A stretch of DNA of 64,000 bases from a virus, in IMG/VR virus record IMGVR_UViG_3300024999_000038, positions 1 through 64,000 of that record; one strand, 5' to 3'. The position numbers and the translations under genes are program-made. Under the pieces are notes generated by a model. The model saw nothing but the letters and a program-made list of their open reading frames with translations. It was not told the origin of the DNA and did not search any database. Below are positions 40,373-50,431 of this stretch, in pieces. Positions within the stretch are counted from its first letter, which is position 1; every line of letters begins with the position of its first letter.

Positions 40373-40555
40373 GTGAAAAATAAAATGGACAATGATAAAT
40401 TAATTGATGTACTCTATTCCATCACGGCAAGCCTAGAAAGATTAAATTTAGAAATTGCACGAATAAATGAAAAAATCGAATTGAATTATGAAGAGCGCAA
40501 CCTATCAAAAGAAATTGAAAATATAAACAAAGTAATAAAAGAAATCAGTAAATAA
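40373..40555 (+). CDS. Small coiled-coil protein
   Basis: Own promoter, RBS and terminator. Confidence 0.6.
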   Translation: MKNKMDNDKLIDVLYSITASLERLNLEIARINEKIELNYEERNLSKEIENINKVIKEISK

Positions 40556-40713
40556 GAGTCTTACATAGACTCTTCTCTTTTTTATAGGGTAGCTCATACC
40601 TACCGGATCACAAATAAATATAAAATAATTTATAAAAACTTAACACAAATTAATAAATCTGTGTTATAATAAATCAAGTTCAAAAATACATAAAAAGAAA
40701 GTAGGTAATATAT

Positions 40714-40989
40714 ATGGTAGTTTTTATTCCAACTACTGAGGAATCCCCAATTTATAGTTATATTTTTGAAAATCCAAATGTTTATGAGGAATTTTTAGCA
40801 CCTACTATTTGCCGGATCATGAAAGGGAGAGAAAAATATCCACATTATGACCGGAATCGGCAATATAACACATTTTACAAAGTAGCAAAACAAATAGTTG
40901 AATACTACATGGCGAAACATGGTGAAATTCATGACATTAAAACTTTAGCTTGGGATCTAAACAATTACTGCCATGAAATATATGTTTAA
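40714..40989 (+). CDS. Hypothetical early protein
   Basis: Own promoter and terminator. Confidence 0.7.
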   Translation: MVVFIPTTEESPIYSYIFENPNVYEEFLAPTICRIMKGREKYPHYDRNRQYNTFYKVAKQIVEYYMAKHGEIHDIKTLAWDLNNYCHEIYV

Positions 40990-41265
40990 AATAAATTATG
41001 TGTAAAGGTTAGATAGATAATATCTAACCTTTATTTTTTGTCTAAAAAATGTCTCCCCGGTAGCAGCAGAGCAATTTTTAAAAATCTTGTGGGGTTGGCA
41101 CTTGTCATCAAATTACCTTTTAAGCCTTAAAATAACCCTTAGAAGCCACAAATGGCACTCTAAGGGCTTTATACTCTATACCATAGATAATCGAACCACT
41201 AGCAAAAACACAACCCCTTTAAACTTTATTAAAATATAAAATAATTATTCAATACCTATATACAA

Positions 41266-41403
41266 ATGTCTAAAAATCGTTATAAAACATTTGTTAATGG
41301 TTTTGGTGAAGCAACAAAAAGAAATATAACTTGTTCTGGATATGAAAGAGCAGAAAAACGTAATAGCAAAGCAATGTTATTGTTTGTAGGAGGTAAAAAT
41401 TAA
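41266..41403 (+). CDS. Small ORF without RBS, possibly a 5'-deleted cassette
   Basis: 45 aa ending at a standard cassette terminator; the ATG lies inside a promoter-like sequence. Confidence 0.35.
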   Translation: MSKNRYKTFVNGFGEATKRNITCSGYERAEKRNSKAMLLFVGGKN

Positions 41404-41520
41404 AGGGCTGAAAAGCTCTTTTTTCTTTGCTATCAATTCAAATATAATTATTGACCATTTTATATATTCTATGTTATAATTCATTAACGTCAAATTTAAG
41501 AAATCGAAGGAGTGCTACAT

Positions 41521-41673
41521 ATGAAATATGAAGTAACAAGATTATTCACTAAGGGGATATTCAAAGGAAAGACCCACACGGAAATTACCTCAGTAAAATT
41601 CGAGGTAGGATTCATTTGCAAGAACGCCATCGGTGGTAGCGACTATAAAATAATTTCCTGCAATCCAGTGTAA
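41521..41673 (+). CDS. Small hypothetical early protein (50 aa)
   Basis: Hand translation MKYEVTRLFTKGIFKG..; promoter and AAGGAG RBS. Confidence 0.65.
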   Translation: MKYEVTRLFTKGIFKGKTHTEITSVKFEVGFICKNAIGGSDYKIISCNPV

Positions 41674-41714
41674 ACATAAGGAAGGGTAAAACCTTCCTTT
41701 AATAATTTTAAGGA

Positions 41715-42071
41715 GTGGTAAACATGTTTAAACCAGTTACCAAAAAGCAAACTAATAAATTTCAAGAAAACTATGGTAAATTCATTTCTTCTCTTTTTGG
41801 CGTTGAAGTTGTTGGAGATACCAAAAAAGAAGCTGAGGAATATTTAGCAAATTTCATTCAATGGAATATGGAACCATTTCAGAAAATTTATCAATTTCAG
41901 AATCATCTTGCTATTCTAAAGCGCAGTAAGAATGCTGTAAATCAATACGAATATTCCAGAATAGAAAATGGTTTAGCACAGGGATCTACAATATTTAGTG
42001 CTGTAAGTGACAGAGCAGCAGAAACAAAAGGCAATGACTATTTCAGTCAATACTTAGATTGTATCAATTAA
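41715..42071 (+). CDS. Hypothetical early protein
   Basis: RBS and terminator. Confidence 0.7.
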   Translation: MVNMFKPVTKKQTNKFQENYGKFISSLFGVEVVGDTKKEAEEYLANFIQWNMEPFQKIYQFQNHLAILKRSKNAVNQYEYSRIENGLAQGSTIFSAVSDRAAETKGNDYFSQYLDCIN

Positions 42072-42250
42072 GGGCTAAATAAAATTTAGCTCTTTTTCTT
42101 TGTCCTGCTATAGTTTTACCCTAAACATATTCTGAAGCCTTAGAAGTGCTATTATGGGCCTTAAAATGCAAAATAATAATAGTTGACATAGTACCATTCA
42201 ATCCTTATAATACTAAGTAATTACATATTAATTTTTAGGAGGTCGAAACC

Positions 42251-42580
42251 ATGAACGAACTAAAAGAACTTGCTAAAAGTGCCATTGACCGCGAAGACTG
42301 GCAAGAACTTGAAAGACTAGTATTAAGGTTAAAAGATGAACAAAAAACACCTGAAATAAAATATGTCATTGCGGGGATCTACTCAGCCAGAACGACACCT
42401 AAAATTCACATAGCAAAATATGAAAATGGACATTATACTAAGTGCCAATGCCGATGTCAGGGAACACAAGGACTTCAAAAATGGGAATTAGAAGAATTTT
42501 TACTAAAAGGCAAACTTGAAAATTATAGATTTGGATTGACTGATATTACCATAGAAAAATGCAAAAAATGTTTTAAGTAA
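42251..42580 (+). CDS. Hypothetical early protein (Cys-containing)
   Basis: Consensus promoter 42183-42211; terminator. Confidence 0.75.
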   Translation: MNELKELAKSAIDREDWQELERLVLRLKDEQKTPEIKYVIAGIYSARTTPKIHIAKYENGHYTKCQCRCQGTQGLQKWELEEFLLKGKLENYRFGLTDITIEKCKKCFK

Positions 42581-42755
42581 GAGCTAGTTGATAGCTCTTT
42601 TTTCTTTGCTTATGCTATAGTTTTACCCTAGATACATTTAAACCATTTAGAAGTACCATTATGGGCCTTAAAATCTAATATAATTAATATTTGACGTTTG
42701 TATAATTACTATGGTATTATGTATCAGTAATAAATAAAATTGGAGGTTATAAAAT

Positions 42756-43235
42756 ATGAAAGCATTTGACTTTGTAAAAATCCAGAATATCGGCGTAGGT
42801 AAAATTCAAAGTATATACGATGGTTATGGGGCAACCATTAATATTTGTTATACAAATTATTATAGGGATCTATCAGAAGATACAGACATCGAACCATCTA
42901 CAGAAAAAGAATACATAGAATTTATCAAATTTATGGTTAAAGAGTTAACCGCGAAATCTAAAAATAAAAGGAGCGAGGCAGCACAATATAATAAAGATGT
43001 TGAAGGAGAAGCCACCAGGAGAAAAGGTAAGGTTAGTATAATTAATGGCAACTATGCTTTTGGGCTTTGTGAAAATTCAATATCTAGCTATCATAGAGGA
43101 TTACTGTCCGATGCTAAAAAAGCAAAGGAACTAAAAGAAAAATTGAAAAAGGAAATAGCATGGTATAAACACAGAGATAAATTAATTAAAGAGGCTGAGA
43201 AGGAAAGAAAGAATAAGGCAAAAAATGCAGGGTAA
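42756..43235 (+). CDS. Hypothetical early protein
   Basis: Own promoter and terminator. Confidence 0.7.
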   Translation: MKAFDFVKIQNIGVGKIQSIYDGYGATINICYTNYYRDLSEDTDIEPSTEKEYIEFIKFMVKELTAKSKNKRSEAAQYNKDVEGEATRRKGKVSIINGNYAFGLCENSISSYHRGLLSDAKKAKELKEKLKKEIAWYKHRDKLIKEAEKERKNKAKNAG

Positions 43236-43721
43236 ACCTCTAAAGACTAGAAATAAAATTCTAGTCTTTTTTATGTTCATTCAGCCGGATCAACTCATTT
43301 CCCCATTTCAATCATTCACAAACTAAAAATACACGCACAGAAACAGCCATTCTTGCCTTTAGAATCAATTGCCCTTTATAATCTTACCTTAATACATTTT
43401 AAACGTCTCAGAATCAAAATAGGGTTATTTGTAGCTATAGATCCCATGTAAATATAAAAATAATATTAAATAAATAGCTATACTGCGTATATGGTAGCAA
43501 TCAATAGATAATACCATATAATCAACTGTAAACAGGTTAAAACATGATTATTTGAGAATGTACAATATTATTTTGAATATGTTATACTTAAGAGTACCAT
43601 AAATACATAAATAATTTGAAAGGAGATAAAAGAGATTTTTATTAATATTTTCGGTTATACATAAATAGGTTATTATTGATAAAGGGTTATAAAATAAATT
43701 AATTACAAAAAAGAAAGTAGG

Positions 43722-44498
43722 ATGAAAAATATAAGTATTTCAATTAAAAATCATATTGGAGAAACAAATACCACGGGCTACGGCTCACTAATGACTGTTA
43801 TTAATTATATAGATTATAGAAATATTATTGTAAGATTTGATAAATCGGATTATGAAAAAAATACAAGTTACGAACAATTCAAAGATGGTAGAGTTAAAAG
43901 TCCATATTGCAAATCGGTACATGGTGTAGGATTTTTAGGGGAAGGTAATTATACAAGTAGAATGGGTGAAGAAAAGGCTCCTCAGTATGTAGCGTGGAAT
44001 AATATGTTACAAAGATGTTATTCCGCTAAATTCCAAGCAACAAGACCAACATACATAGGGTGTACAGTTTGTGAAGAGTGGTTAAATTATCAGAATTTCG
44101 CAAAATGGTATGACGAGAATTATTATGAGGTAGAAAGTAAAAGTCAGCGCGGAATGAATCTCGATAAAGATATATTAAAGAAAAATAATAAAGTATATTG
44201 TCCTGAATTTTGCGTTTATGTTCCAGACAGAATTAATTTATTGTTTTTAAAGAAAGATGCAAATCGAGGTAATTTGCCAATAGGTGTAACAACAGAAGGT
44301 AAAAAATATTCTTCTCATAGTGTTATTGATGGTAAAATTGAGCATTTTGGAAATTTTAAAACTCCAGAATTAGCTTTCAATGCTTATAAAAAGTTCAAAG
44401 AAAAATATATAAAACAGGTTGCCGATGAATATAAAAATAAAATACCAAAAATATTATATGATGCATTGTACAGATATAAAGTAGAAATCACGGATTAA
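43722..44498 (+). CDS. HNH-like homing endonuclease with AP2-like C-terminus
   Basis: W..ML.RCY..VCEEW..F..W..LDKDIL..Y.P..C.YVP..N; GNF.T.E.AF.AY. Confidence 0.75.
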   Translation: MKNISISIKNHIGETNTTGYGSLMTVINYIDYRNIIVRFDKSDYEKNTSYEQFKDGRVKSPYCKSVHGVGFLGEGNYTSRMGEEKAPQYVAWNNMLQRCYSAKFQATRPTYIGCTVCEEWLNYQNFAKWYDENYYEVESKSQRGMNLDKDILKKNNKVYCPEFCVYVPDRINLLFLKKDANRGNLPIGVTTEGKKYSSHSVIDGKIEHFGNFKTPELAFNAYKKFKEKYIKQVADEYKNKIPKILYDALYRYKVEITD

Positions 44499-44734
44499 AC
44501 AATTAAGAGGGTTTTCAGCCCTCTTTCCCTATATTCAACTAACCCCAATTAAATTCCATTCTAAGGTCACAAAACATAATCACACGTAGTCCTATACCTT
44601 TATAGATCCAAACGTCTTAAACTCTATCTGGTGTCCTTAAAATCAATTACACGGCATCTTCTATAATTTCATTTATAAGATTCCTTTCCTAAATATAAAT
44701 ATAAAATTTATTTTTATAAATGCCTAAAATGCTA

Positions 44735-44763
44735 TTGCAATTACTGTCAAGATGCTTTAAAAT
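44735..44763 (+). promoter_or_regulatory. sigmaA promoter of the long early operon
   Basis: TTGCAA-17-TAAAAT. Confidence 0.65.
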
Positions 44764-44769
44764 GAGTAC

Positions 44770-45300
44770 ATAAGAGGGAACAAAGAAAACCTCTTGAAGA
44801 ACTAGTCAAAGTCAATTATTCATTTGAATCTAAAAATAATTATACATAAAGGAGGGCAATAACCACAAAGTATCTTGTGGCGTGACTAGGAAAACAACCT
44901 AGCACGAATTCTGTAAAAAGAGTTGAGACGATCTTTGAAAACTGAATTAAGAGACTAGCCAGCCAACACTTGTCAAATAACATACATTAGAGTATTCTTT
45001 TAGAATATCCTCTGAGGGTTAGAATCAAGAAAGTGGTAAAAAATTCGAGTGCGATATGGGCTAGTATAAGCAAAAAAGAGAGAATTAACCAAAAACATTC
45101 TACTAAATCCCTTTAGTTTATCATTATTACAATTTAACTATAACAATTGCATTAAACATGCATAACAAAATTAAAATGTAGGTTGATTGTAATTTAATGT
45201 TAGATTAATTATACTTAGAACTAAAGGGATTAATTTTCCGCAAGGTGTGAGCTTATGACAAATGAGTTTAGACCTTGTGAAAAAATTTAAGAATGAAAGA
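44770..45300 (+). ncRNA. Structured leader RNA containing an rRNA-type boxA (44930-44946)
   Basis: No ORF; at least 6 stems; GATCTTTGAAAACTGAA matches the Firmicute rrn boxA. Confidence 0.6.
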
Positions 45301-45310
45301 GGTTATAATT

Positions 45311-45545
45311 ATGAAAAATTGTAAAACTGTTAACGGACTTGTAAACACGATCAAAAAAGGAGAAGTTGCATTATTGAAGGTGTGGGACATAATGGATGGT
45401 ATTGGCGCAGAAGGAAAAGGAGCATACTTAAATTTAGGTGAAGGGAAATTCAGAGGAAAATTGGTTATTAATTAGGGAATGGGTTGTAGATCAAGATGGT
45501 ATATGGTGCAGTGAAGACACAAAATACTCTAGATTTTATCAATAA
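45311..45545 (+). pseudogene. Small gene with an apparent +1 frameshift at ~45444
   Basis: Removing one G from GGG extends the ORF through SEENWLLIREWVVDQDGIWC..FYQ* up to the terminator. Confidence 0.4.
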
Positions 45546-45871
45546 CCTATCCCAATCAAAAAGACATTTCTTGGGAGTGTCTTTTCTCTATTGTATTAAA
45601 ATCTGATATGATAGAGGAAGGACATTTAAAGTCCTCAAAAAAGGAGAGTATTTTTAATGAACAAGACATCAAATTATTATGAGCAAGTCGGAGACAATCT
45701 AAAAGGTGGAGAGGCCACAAGAGCATACCGACAAGCGCAAAATCAACTAAACCCTTCTGAACCAAATTATTTAGAAAATGTCAAACGAATCCAAAACAAA
45801 ATTATCAAGTCACTATCTTAAAGTTTATTGGTCATTAGCAACAACAAAACATAAATAACAGCATAACAATT

Positions 45872-47254
45872 TTGTTGCTAGTGTCGAATCAATTTAAAGG
45901 AGTGGTAAAAATGTCTGAAGAAAAAGAAATTACCTACACCACTGAAAAACGAGATATTGGAACATTAGTGGAGCATATCGAAAAGCAATACTACACCGTG
46001 GGCAAACATCTTCAAAATTTTCTAGCCGACAAAAAGGAAGCTGAAGGCAAAGAACTAAAAACCCTTCGTGAATTTATGGAATCTCAACGTGGTTATGTTT
46101 GGGAAACTTGGAGAGCATCAAATTTAATTCAGACTGTCTTGCTTAAAAATCCTATCCCTGAAATAACAGTTTACAGAGCCGATGATAAATCACAGTTTCG
46201 CAAAACAGTCGATGGGCAACAAAGACTAACGTCAATTTACCTTTTCATTAATGATGGATTTAAGCTTGACATGAGTAAAACCATGTTTCCTAAATTCACA
46301 ATTGAAGGTGAGCAATTCAACGCTACTGAAACTCTTCAAGGCAAAACATTTTCCCAATTACCTGAACTATGGCAAGACGTTATTCGCGGTTATCAACTAC
46401 GAATAACAACTATGAACAATTGTAGCGAGGAAGATGCTGAAAAAGCATTCGTTCAAATGAATAGCGGTGCTAAAGGGCTGAAAGCTTCAGAAATTCGCAA
46501 AGCAGCAATGGGAACTAGTACACGAAAATTCTTTAGATCAATATTGGATTCTGATTGGGTATTACACGCACTGACCGCACTATCAGCAAAGGGCAACGCT
46601 GGAGACGAAATATTATCACAAGTCATAACATTAGTACATAACAATTGCCCTGTTGAGTTGTCAAAAGACAATATTGACAAGGTTATATATGGGTTCAGGG
46701 AATTAGGACTACCGGAAACCCTTGAGGATGACATGATAAATATCTCCAATTTTCTCAGCCAAGCAACAAATATCTGGATTGAGAACAAGAAGAAAGAAGA
46801 TGCAAAAGAGGGATCTAAGAAAGGAAAGCAGGTTAAAAATTATTCGACTTATCGCTTTACATGGTTAAATAAAACCAATACTGTGATGTTAGTGTATTCT
46901 GCTTATCAAGCAGTAAGAAATAATGTTGAAGTCGAAGAGTTCTCTGCATGGGCATACAACTTCTTTCAATTTCCTACAAAGGAGTATAAGGAGGGTTTAC
47001 AGGACAAAGCGATTGATTTAAAACGTGTTGAAATGCGTATGAGTGCAATTAATGTAGAATTGGGGAAACTAGGTTCTTTTGAACAAGTTCAAGAGGTTGA
47101 GGAAATCATTGAAGAACAATGGGAACAACCTCTGCAAGCTGAAAACCTCAAACCTGTCATAACACCAGACCAAGAAGAGTTGGGCGAAAGCGCAGAAAAC
47201 AAAGAAGAAGCAAAACTAATTCTAAGTATTGCAAATAATACTAATGTTGCCTGA
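45872..47254 (+). CDS. DUF262 (GmrS / ParB-Srx-like) domain protein with acidic tail (likely start 45911)
   Basis: QRGYVW..LI.TVL...PIP..DGQQRLTSI..F..MN.G..L motifs. Confidence 0.8.
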   Translation: MLLVSNQFKGVVKMSEEKEITYTTEKRDIGTLVEHIEKQYYTVGKHLQNFLADKKEAEGKELKTLREFMESQRGYVWETWRASNLIQTVLLKNPIPEITVYRADDKSQFRKTVDGQQRLTSIYLFINDGFKLDMSKTMFPKFTIEGEQFNATETLQGKTFSQLPELWQDVIRGYQLRITTMNNCSEEDAEKAFVQMNSGAKGLKASEIRKAAMGTSTRKFFRSILDSDWVLHALTALSAKGNAGDEILSQVITLVHNNCPVELSKDNIDKVIYGFRELGLPETLEDDMINISNFLSQATNIWIENKKKEDAKEGSKKGKQVKNYSTYRFTWLNKTNTVMLVYSAYQAVRNNVEVEEFSAWAYNFFQFPTKEYKEGLQDKAIDLKRVEMRMSAINVELGKLGSFEQVQEVEEIIEEQWEQPLQAENLKPVITPDQEELGESAENKEEAKLILSIANNTNVA

Positions 47255-47400
47255 ATTGTAAAATAATTATTTTGGGAATTAGTCTTAATTCCCTTCTAAG
47301 TTCATACTAAATGTGATAAACTATATATCATAAGAGTATGAGTTTAGAAGGCAGTTGTGGTTAATACCTATAACAATTGACCTATAACAATTGAAGGAGC

Positions 47401-47661
47401 GTGTTGAAAATGAGTATTACAATTATTAAATTAACCCATAATCTAGAAGAAATTAAGCCAGAATTTAAAAACTGGAATTATTTATCCCAAACTCAAAGAA
47501 ATTTCCTTGAATCTTACAATGAATTCAGAATAACAAATCATGGTCAGGAAATGCTAATTTATCAAGGAAGGTTAATTGTTGCTAGTTGTTCAATATCAAT
47601 GACTTATCATGATAAAATAGTTATTGATAGTATATGGACAAAGGAAGGAGAAATAAAATGA
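47401..47661 (+). CDS. Hypothetical protein
   Basis: RBS; operon context. Confidence 0.6.
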   Translation: MLKMSITIIKLTHNLEEIKPEFKNWNYLSQTQRNFLESYNEFRITNHGQEMLIYQGRLIVASCSISMTYHDKIVIDSIWTKEGEIK

Positions 47662-47819
47662 ACATAAAAGAGGTAGCTCAAGCAATGCAGGAAATTGAAT
47701 TTGTCTTATTTAGTGTTAAAAATGGTGACAGATTACATGCCGGAGAAGTTGAGCGAGCACACAAAAAGGCTCAAGAAATCATGGAAAGACATTTAAAACC
47801 TATGGGAGCATTTGAATAA
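47634..47819 (+). CDS. Hypothetical protein
   Basis: AGGAG RBS before an internal ATG. Confidence 0.6.
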   Translation: MDKGRRNKMNIKEVAQAMQEIEFVLFSVKNGDRLHAGEVERAHKKAQEIMERHLKPMGAFE

Positions 47820-47879
47820 AGGTCGAAACTAGTATAACAAATTAGTTGTACTAGTCCAAGGGTTAAGCCCTTACTGACG

Positions 47880-48695
47880 ATGACCAAATATATTAAGAAA
47901 GAGGTTTTTGAAATGACTAAAACATTATCAACTAAAACATTAGTATTCGAGGGTGCAGGATGGGACGGAGCAGAAGTTAGTACCAAGTCTGGCGTAGGAA
48001 ATTGCAGAATCAGAACTCGTATTCGTAATATTGAAGGTAGACTTATTTATCTAGAATTGGGTGGCACTCAATTTTCAGGTAAACACATTCCAACATATGC
48101 AAAAGGTTTGAATTATGCTTCACACATTGACCATGTTTTTTATGATGATTCTAAATGGGACTCAAAAAGAAATTCTTCTGGAGCATTGTCACATATTCGG
48201 AATATCCATTTTGAGTATAACAAATCATCAATACTCAATTTTGTCAATAAAAATCTTAATTGCTCATTTAATGACATAGAAATAATTAACAAAGGTTTAC
48301 ATGTCCATGATACTGAAGAACCTCTCTGTGATTGCAGTCGAGAAGGTTACATACCATTTAAACAGATAGAAATAAATATTTCTATCTTAGACGGAGTTAA
48401 ACCTATGCAGGATTATAGTGATCGGAGATTAGGCCAATATAAAATCAATTATGATTTTGTCAAAGATTTACCTGTCATTGATAAATGGATTAAAGACAGA
48501 ACAGAGCGAGAACAGCAGGGTTTCCCGAATTATACTTATTATTTCAGTATTAGATGGGATCAAAATGGAATCATTAATAGTCTTGAGTTGTCTGCTAGAC
48601 AAGGTTTTTGTACAATGGGTTTTAGTGCTGAAGACTTGGAAAATGTAATTAATTTTATCAAATTATCAAATGCTAAAATCACATTATCTGCATAA
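47880..48695 (+). CDS. Hypothetical conserved phage protein
   Basis: LVFEGAG..NCRIRT..G..IYLE motif. Confidence 0.7.
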   Translation: MTKYIKKEVFEMTKTLSTKTLVFEGAGWDGAEVSTKSGVGNCRIRTRIRNIEGRLIYLELGGTQFSGKHIPTYAKGLNYASHIDHVFYDDSKWDSKRNSSGALSHIRNIHFEYNKSSILNFVNKNLNCSFNDIEIINKGLHVHDTEEPLCDCSREGYIPFKQIEINISILDGVKPMQDYSDRRLGQYKINYDFVKDLPVIDKWIKDRTEREQQGFPNYTYYFSIRWDQNGIINSLELSARQGFCTMGFSAEDLENVINFIKLSNAKITLSA

Positions 48696-48817
48696 CAATT
48701 CACAAATACCAGTTTAATTATTCTCTGTACCGCGCTATACTGTGTTAAATCCAAATATAATATAGTGCGGTACGGAGAGCATTTAAGCTCTAATAAAATT
48801 CTAGGAGGTTTATTATT

Positions 48818-49228
48818 ATGACAGTTAAAGCATTTGTAAAAGATTGTAAAAACAATAGTTGGAATGAGGTAAAAATTATTGATACTGAAACAGGAGAATT
48901 CACCCAATATAATACTAATAAAAGTATTGGGTTTCCTTTCGGCAATCCGTATACTACCACAGTTTTTCAAATGGGGTATAAATCAGTTGATGAGTGTTTA
49001 AAATCTCTTAAAAAAAATAATTATCTAGGGGATGAGATAGGCTATAAGAAGCAAAAAGAATCGGAAAGAATAGGTTATATTAAGCTAGGAATGGAAAGAA
49101 TTAAGCGAGCAGGGAGAGTCAATACTACAGACTTTGAGGACATTTGCAACAAATTAAATAAATATGGTATGGGTTTCTGTGATGCTCAGAATTCAATTAT
49201 CGAATGTCATTTGCAATGTATAAACTAA
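48818..49228 (+). CDS. Hypothetical protein
   Basis: AGGAGG RBS. Confidence 0.65.
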   Translation: MTVKAFVKDCKNNSWNEVKIIDTETGEFTQYNTNKSIGFPFGNPYTTTVFQMGYKSVDECLKSLKKNNYLGDEIGYKKQKESERIGYIKLGMERIKRAGRVNTTDFEDICNKLNKYGMGFCDAQNSIIECHLQCIN

Positions 49229-49488
49229 AAGGAGTGATTAACATGTTAATAGGTAAAAAAGTTAAAATTATTCCACACGAAAATTTAAGTGATGATTATT
49301 TTAACTTAAATGGTACTATTGTCAATTATCAAGAAGAGGAAGAAATTAAACGAAATCCAGAACATAACAATAACACAGAGCCTGCAGGAAAAATTATTTC
49401 TATGTATCAAATCGAATTTTACCAATTACCAAGGAAAGAAATGTGCAAAAAATTATGGGTATTTGATGATATGTTTAAAATTATCTGA
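49204..49488 (+). CDS. Hypothetical protein (SH3-like start)
   Basis: IGKKVKI..GTIV; RBS. Confidence 0.6.
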   Translation: MSFAMYKLKGVINMLIGKKVKIIPHENLSDDYFNLNGTIVNYQEEEEIKRNPEHNNNTEPAGKIISMYQIEFYQLPRKEMCKKLWVFDDMFKII

Positions 49489-49569
49489 TTTTAAGTTTAT
49501 TGGTCATAAGGTAGCAAAATTATATAACAGATTGTCTGCTACCTTGCGTCGAATTAATTTAAAAGGAGC

Positions 49570-49920
49570 GTGTTAACTATGAATATAAAAACTGATGGCG
49601 TTTGGGTATGGACTGCTAAAGCTGAACAGGTCGCTAAAGAATTGAATCTAGAAGAAAGGAAAGAAAATATCCCTGCATGGTTAGGTTATGAATTACTAGG
49701 CCAATATGCACCTCAAAAATGGGTTGAACTTGTATATGTTAAGGAATCAAAATGTCAAGTATTAATCCATAATTCAAAAACTAAAGAATCAGAATGGATC
49801 AATGGAATTATAACAGGGACTTCAGCCGGAGACGTTGGAGAAGACTTCGAGCGAATTAATGTAGTAGAAAATGGAAATAATTATATTGGTTGTCATCCTA
49901 ATTGTGTCAGGTACATATAA
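49570..49920 (+). CDS. Hypothetical protein
   Basis: RBS. Confidence 0.6.
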   Translation: MLTMNIKTDGVWVWTAKAEQVAKELNLEERKENIPAWLGYELLGQYAPQKWVELVYVKESKCQVLIHNSKTKESEWINGIITGTSAGDVGEDFERINVVENGNNYIGCHPNCVRYI

Positions 49921-50431
49921 TTATTTTGCTGTATAACCAATAACAGCAAGCCCTATAGGGTTCGATGGTATTCCTATAAAATACCCTTCAATATTTTAAA
50001 AGGTGGTTAGATTATGTATATTGACTATGATTATAAAGGTTCTACTGCTTATAACTCAGTTATGGGAGCATCTAAACAAGGTTTAACTAATAGAATCCCA
50101 TACACCAAAAACGCTATTAAATTCCATACGGAAAATAACAATCAAGGACAAATAAAGTTTTTTTACTGGTGAACTTCAATTGATTAATAAAAGGTTGAAG
50201 TCTTTGAGTTATTAAATAATTATTTTCAAATTTACTCTATCTGACGTTTTCAAGTCTGTGATGATATGATACAATAAGTCATGGACTTGAAGCAACAAAT
50301 AATTATTTTGGTAATGCCTAAGCACCTGCAATCTATATAACAGACCATAACAATAGGTTGCAGGTGTTTGGAGTTTATCAAGGTATAAAGATGTGATAGA
50401 CTAAAGAGGAAGAATTAAGGAGGAATACATA

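Larger units (their letters stand above)
31860..44650 (+). other. Array of ~16 autonomous early-gene cassettes (sigmaA promoter - RBS - ORF - terminator - spacer motif)
   Basis: Promoters e.g. TTGACA-17-TATACT 34025, TTGACG-17-TATAAT 38979, TTGACA-17-TATAAT 42183; hairpin plus TTTTTCTTT terminators after almost every unit. Confidence 0.8.

Noticed and set aside
45700-45725. T-box riboswitch (AAGGTGG..)
   Set aside because: Lacks the GGTGGnACCGCG consensus and a specifier stem.
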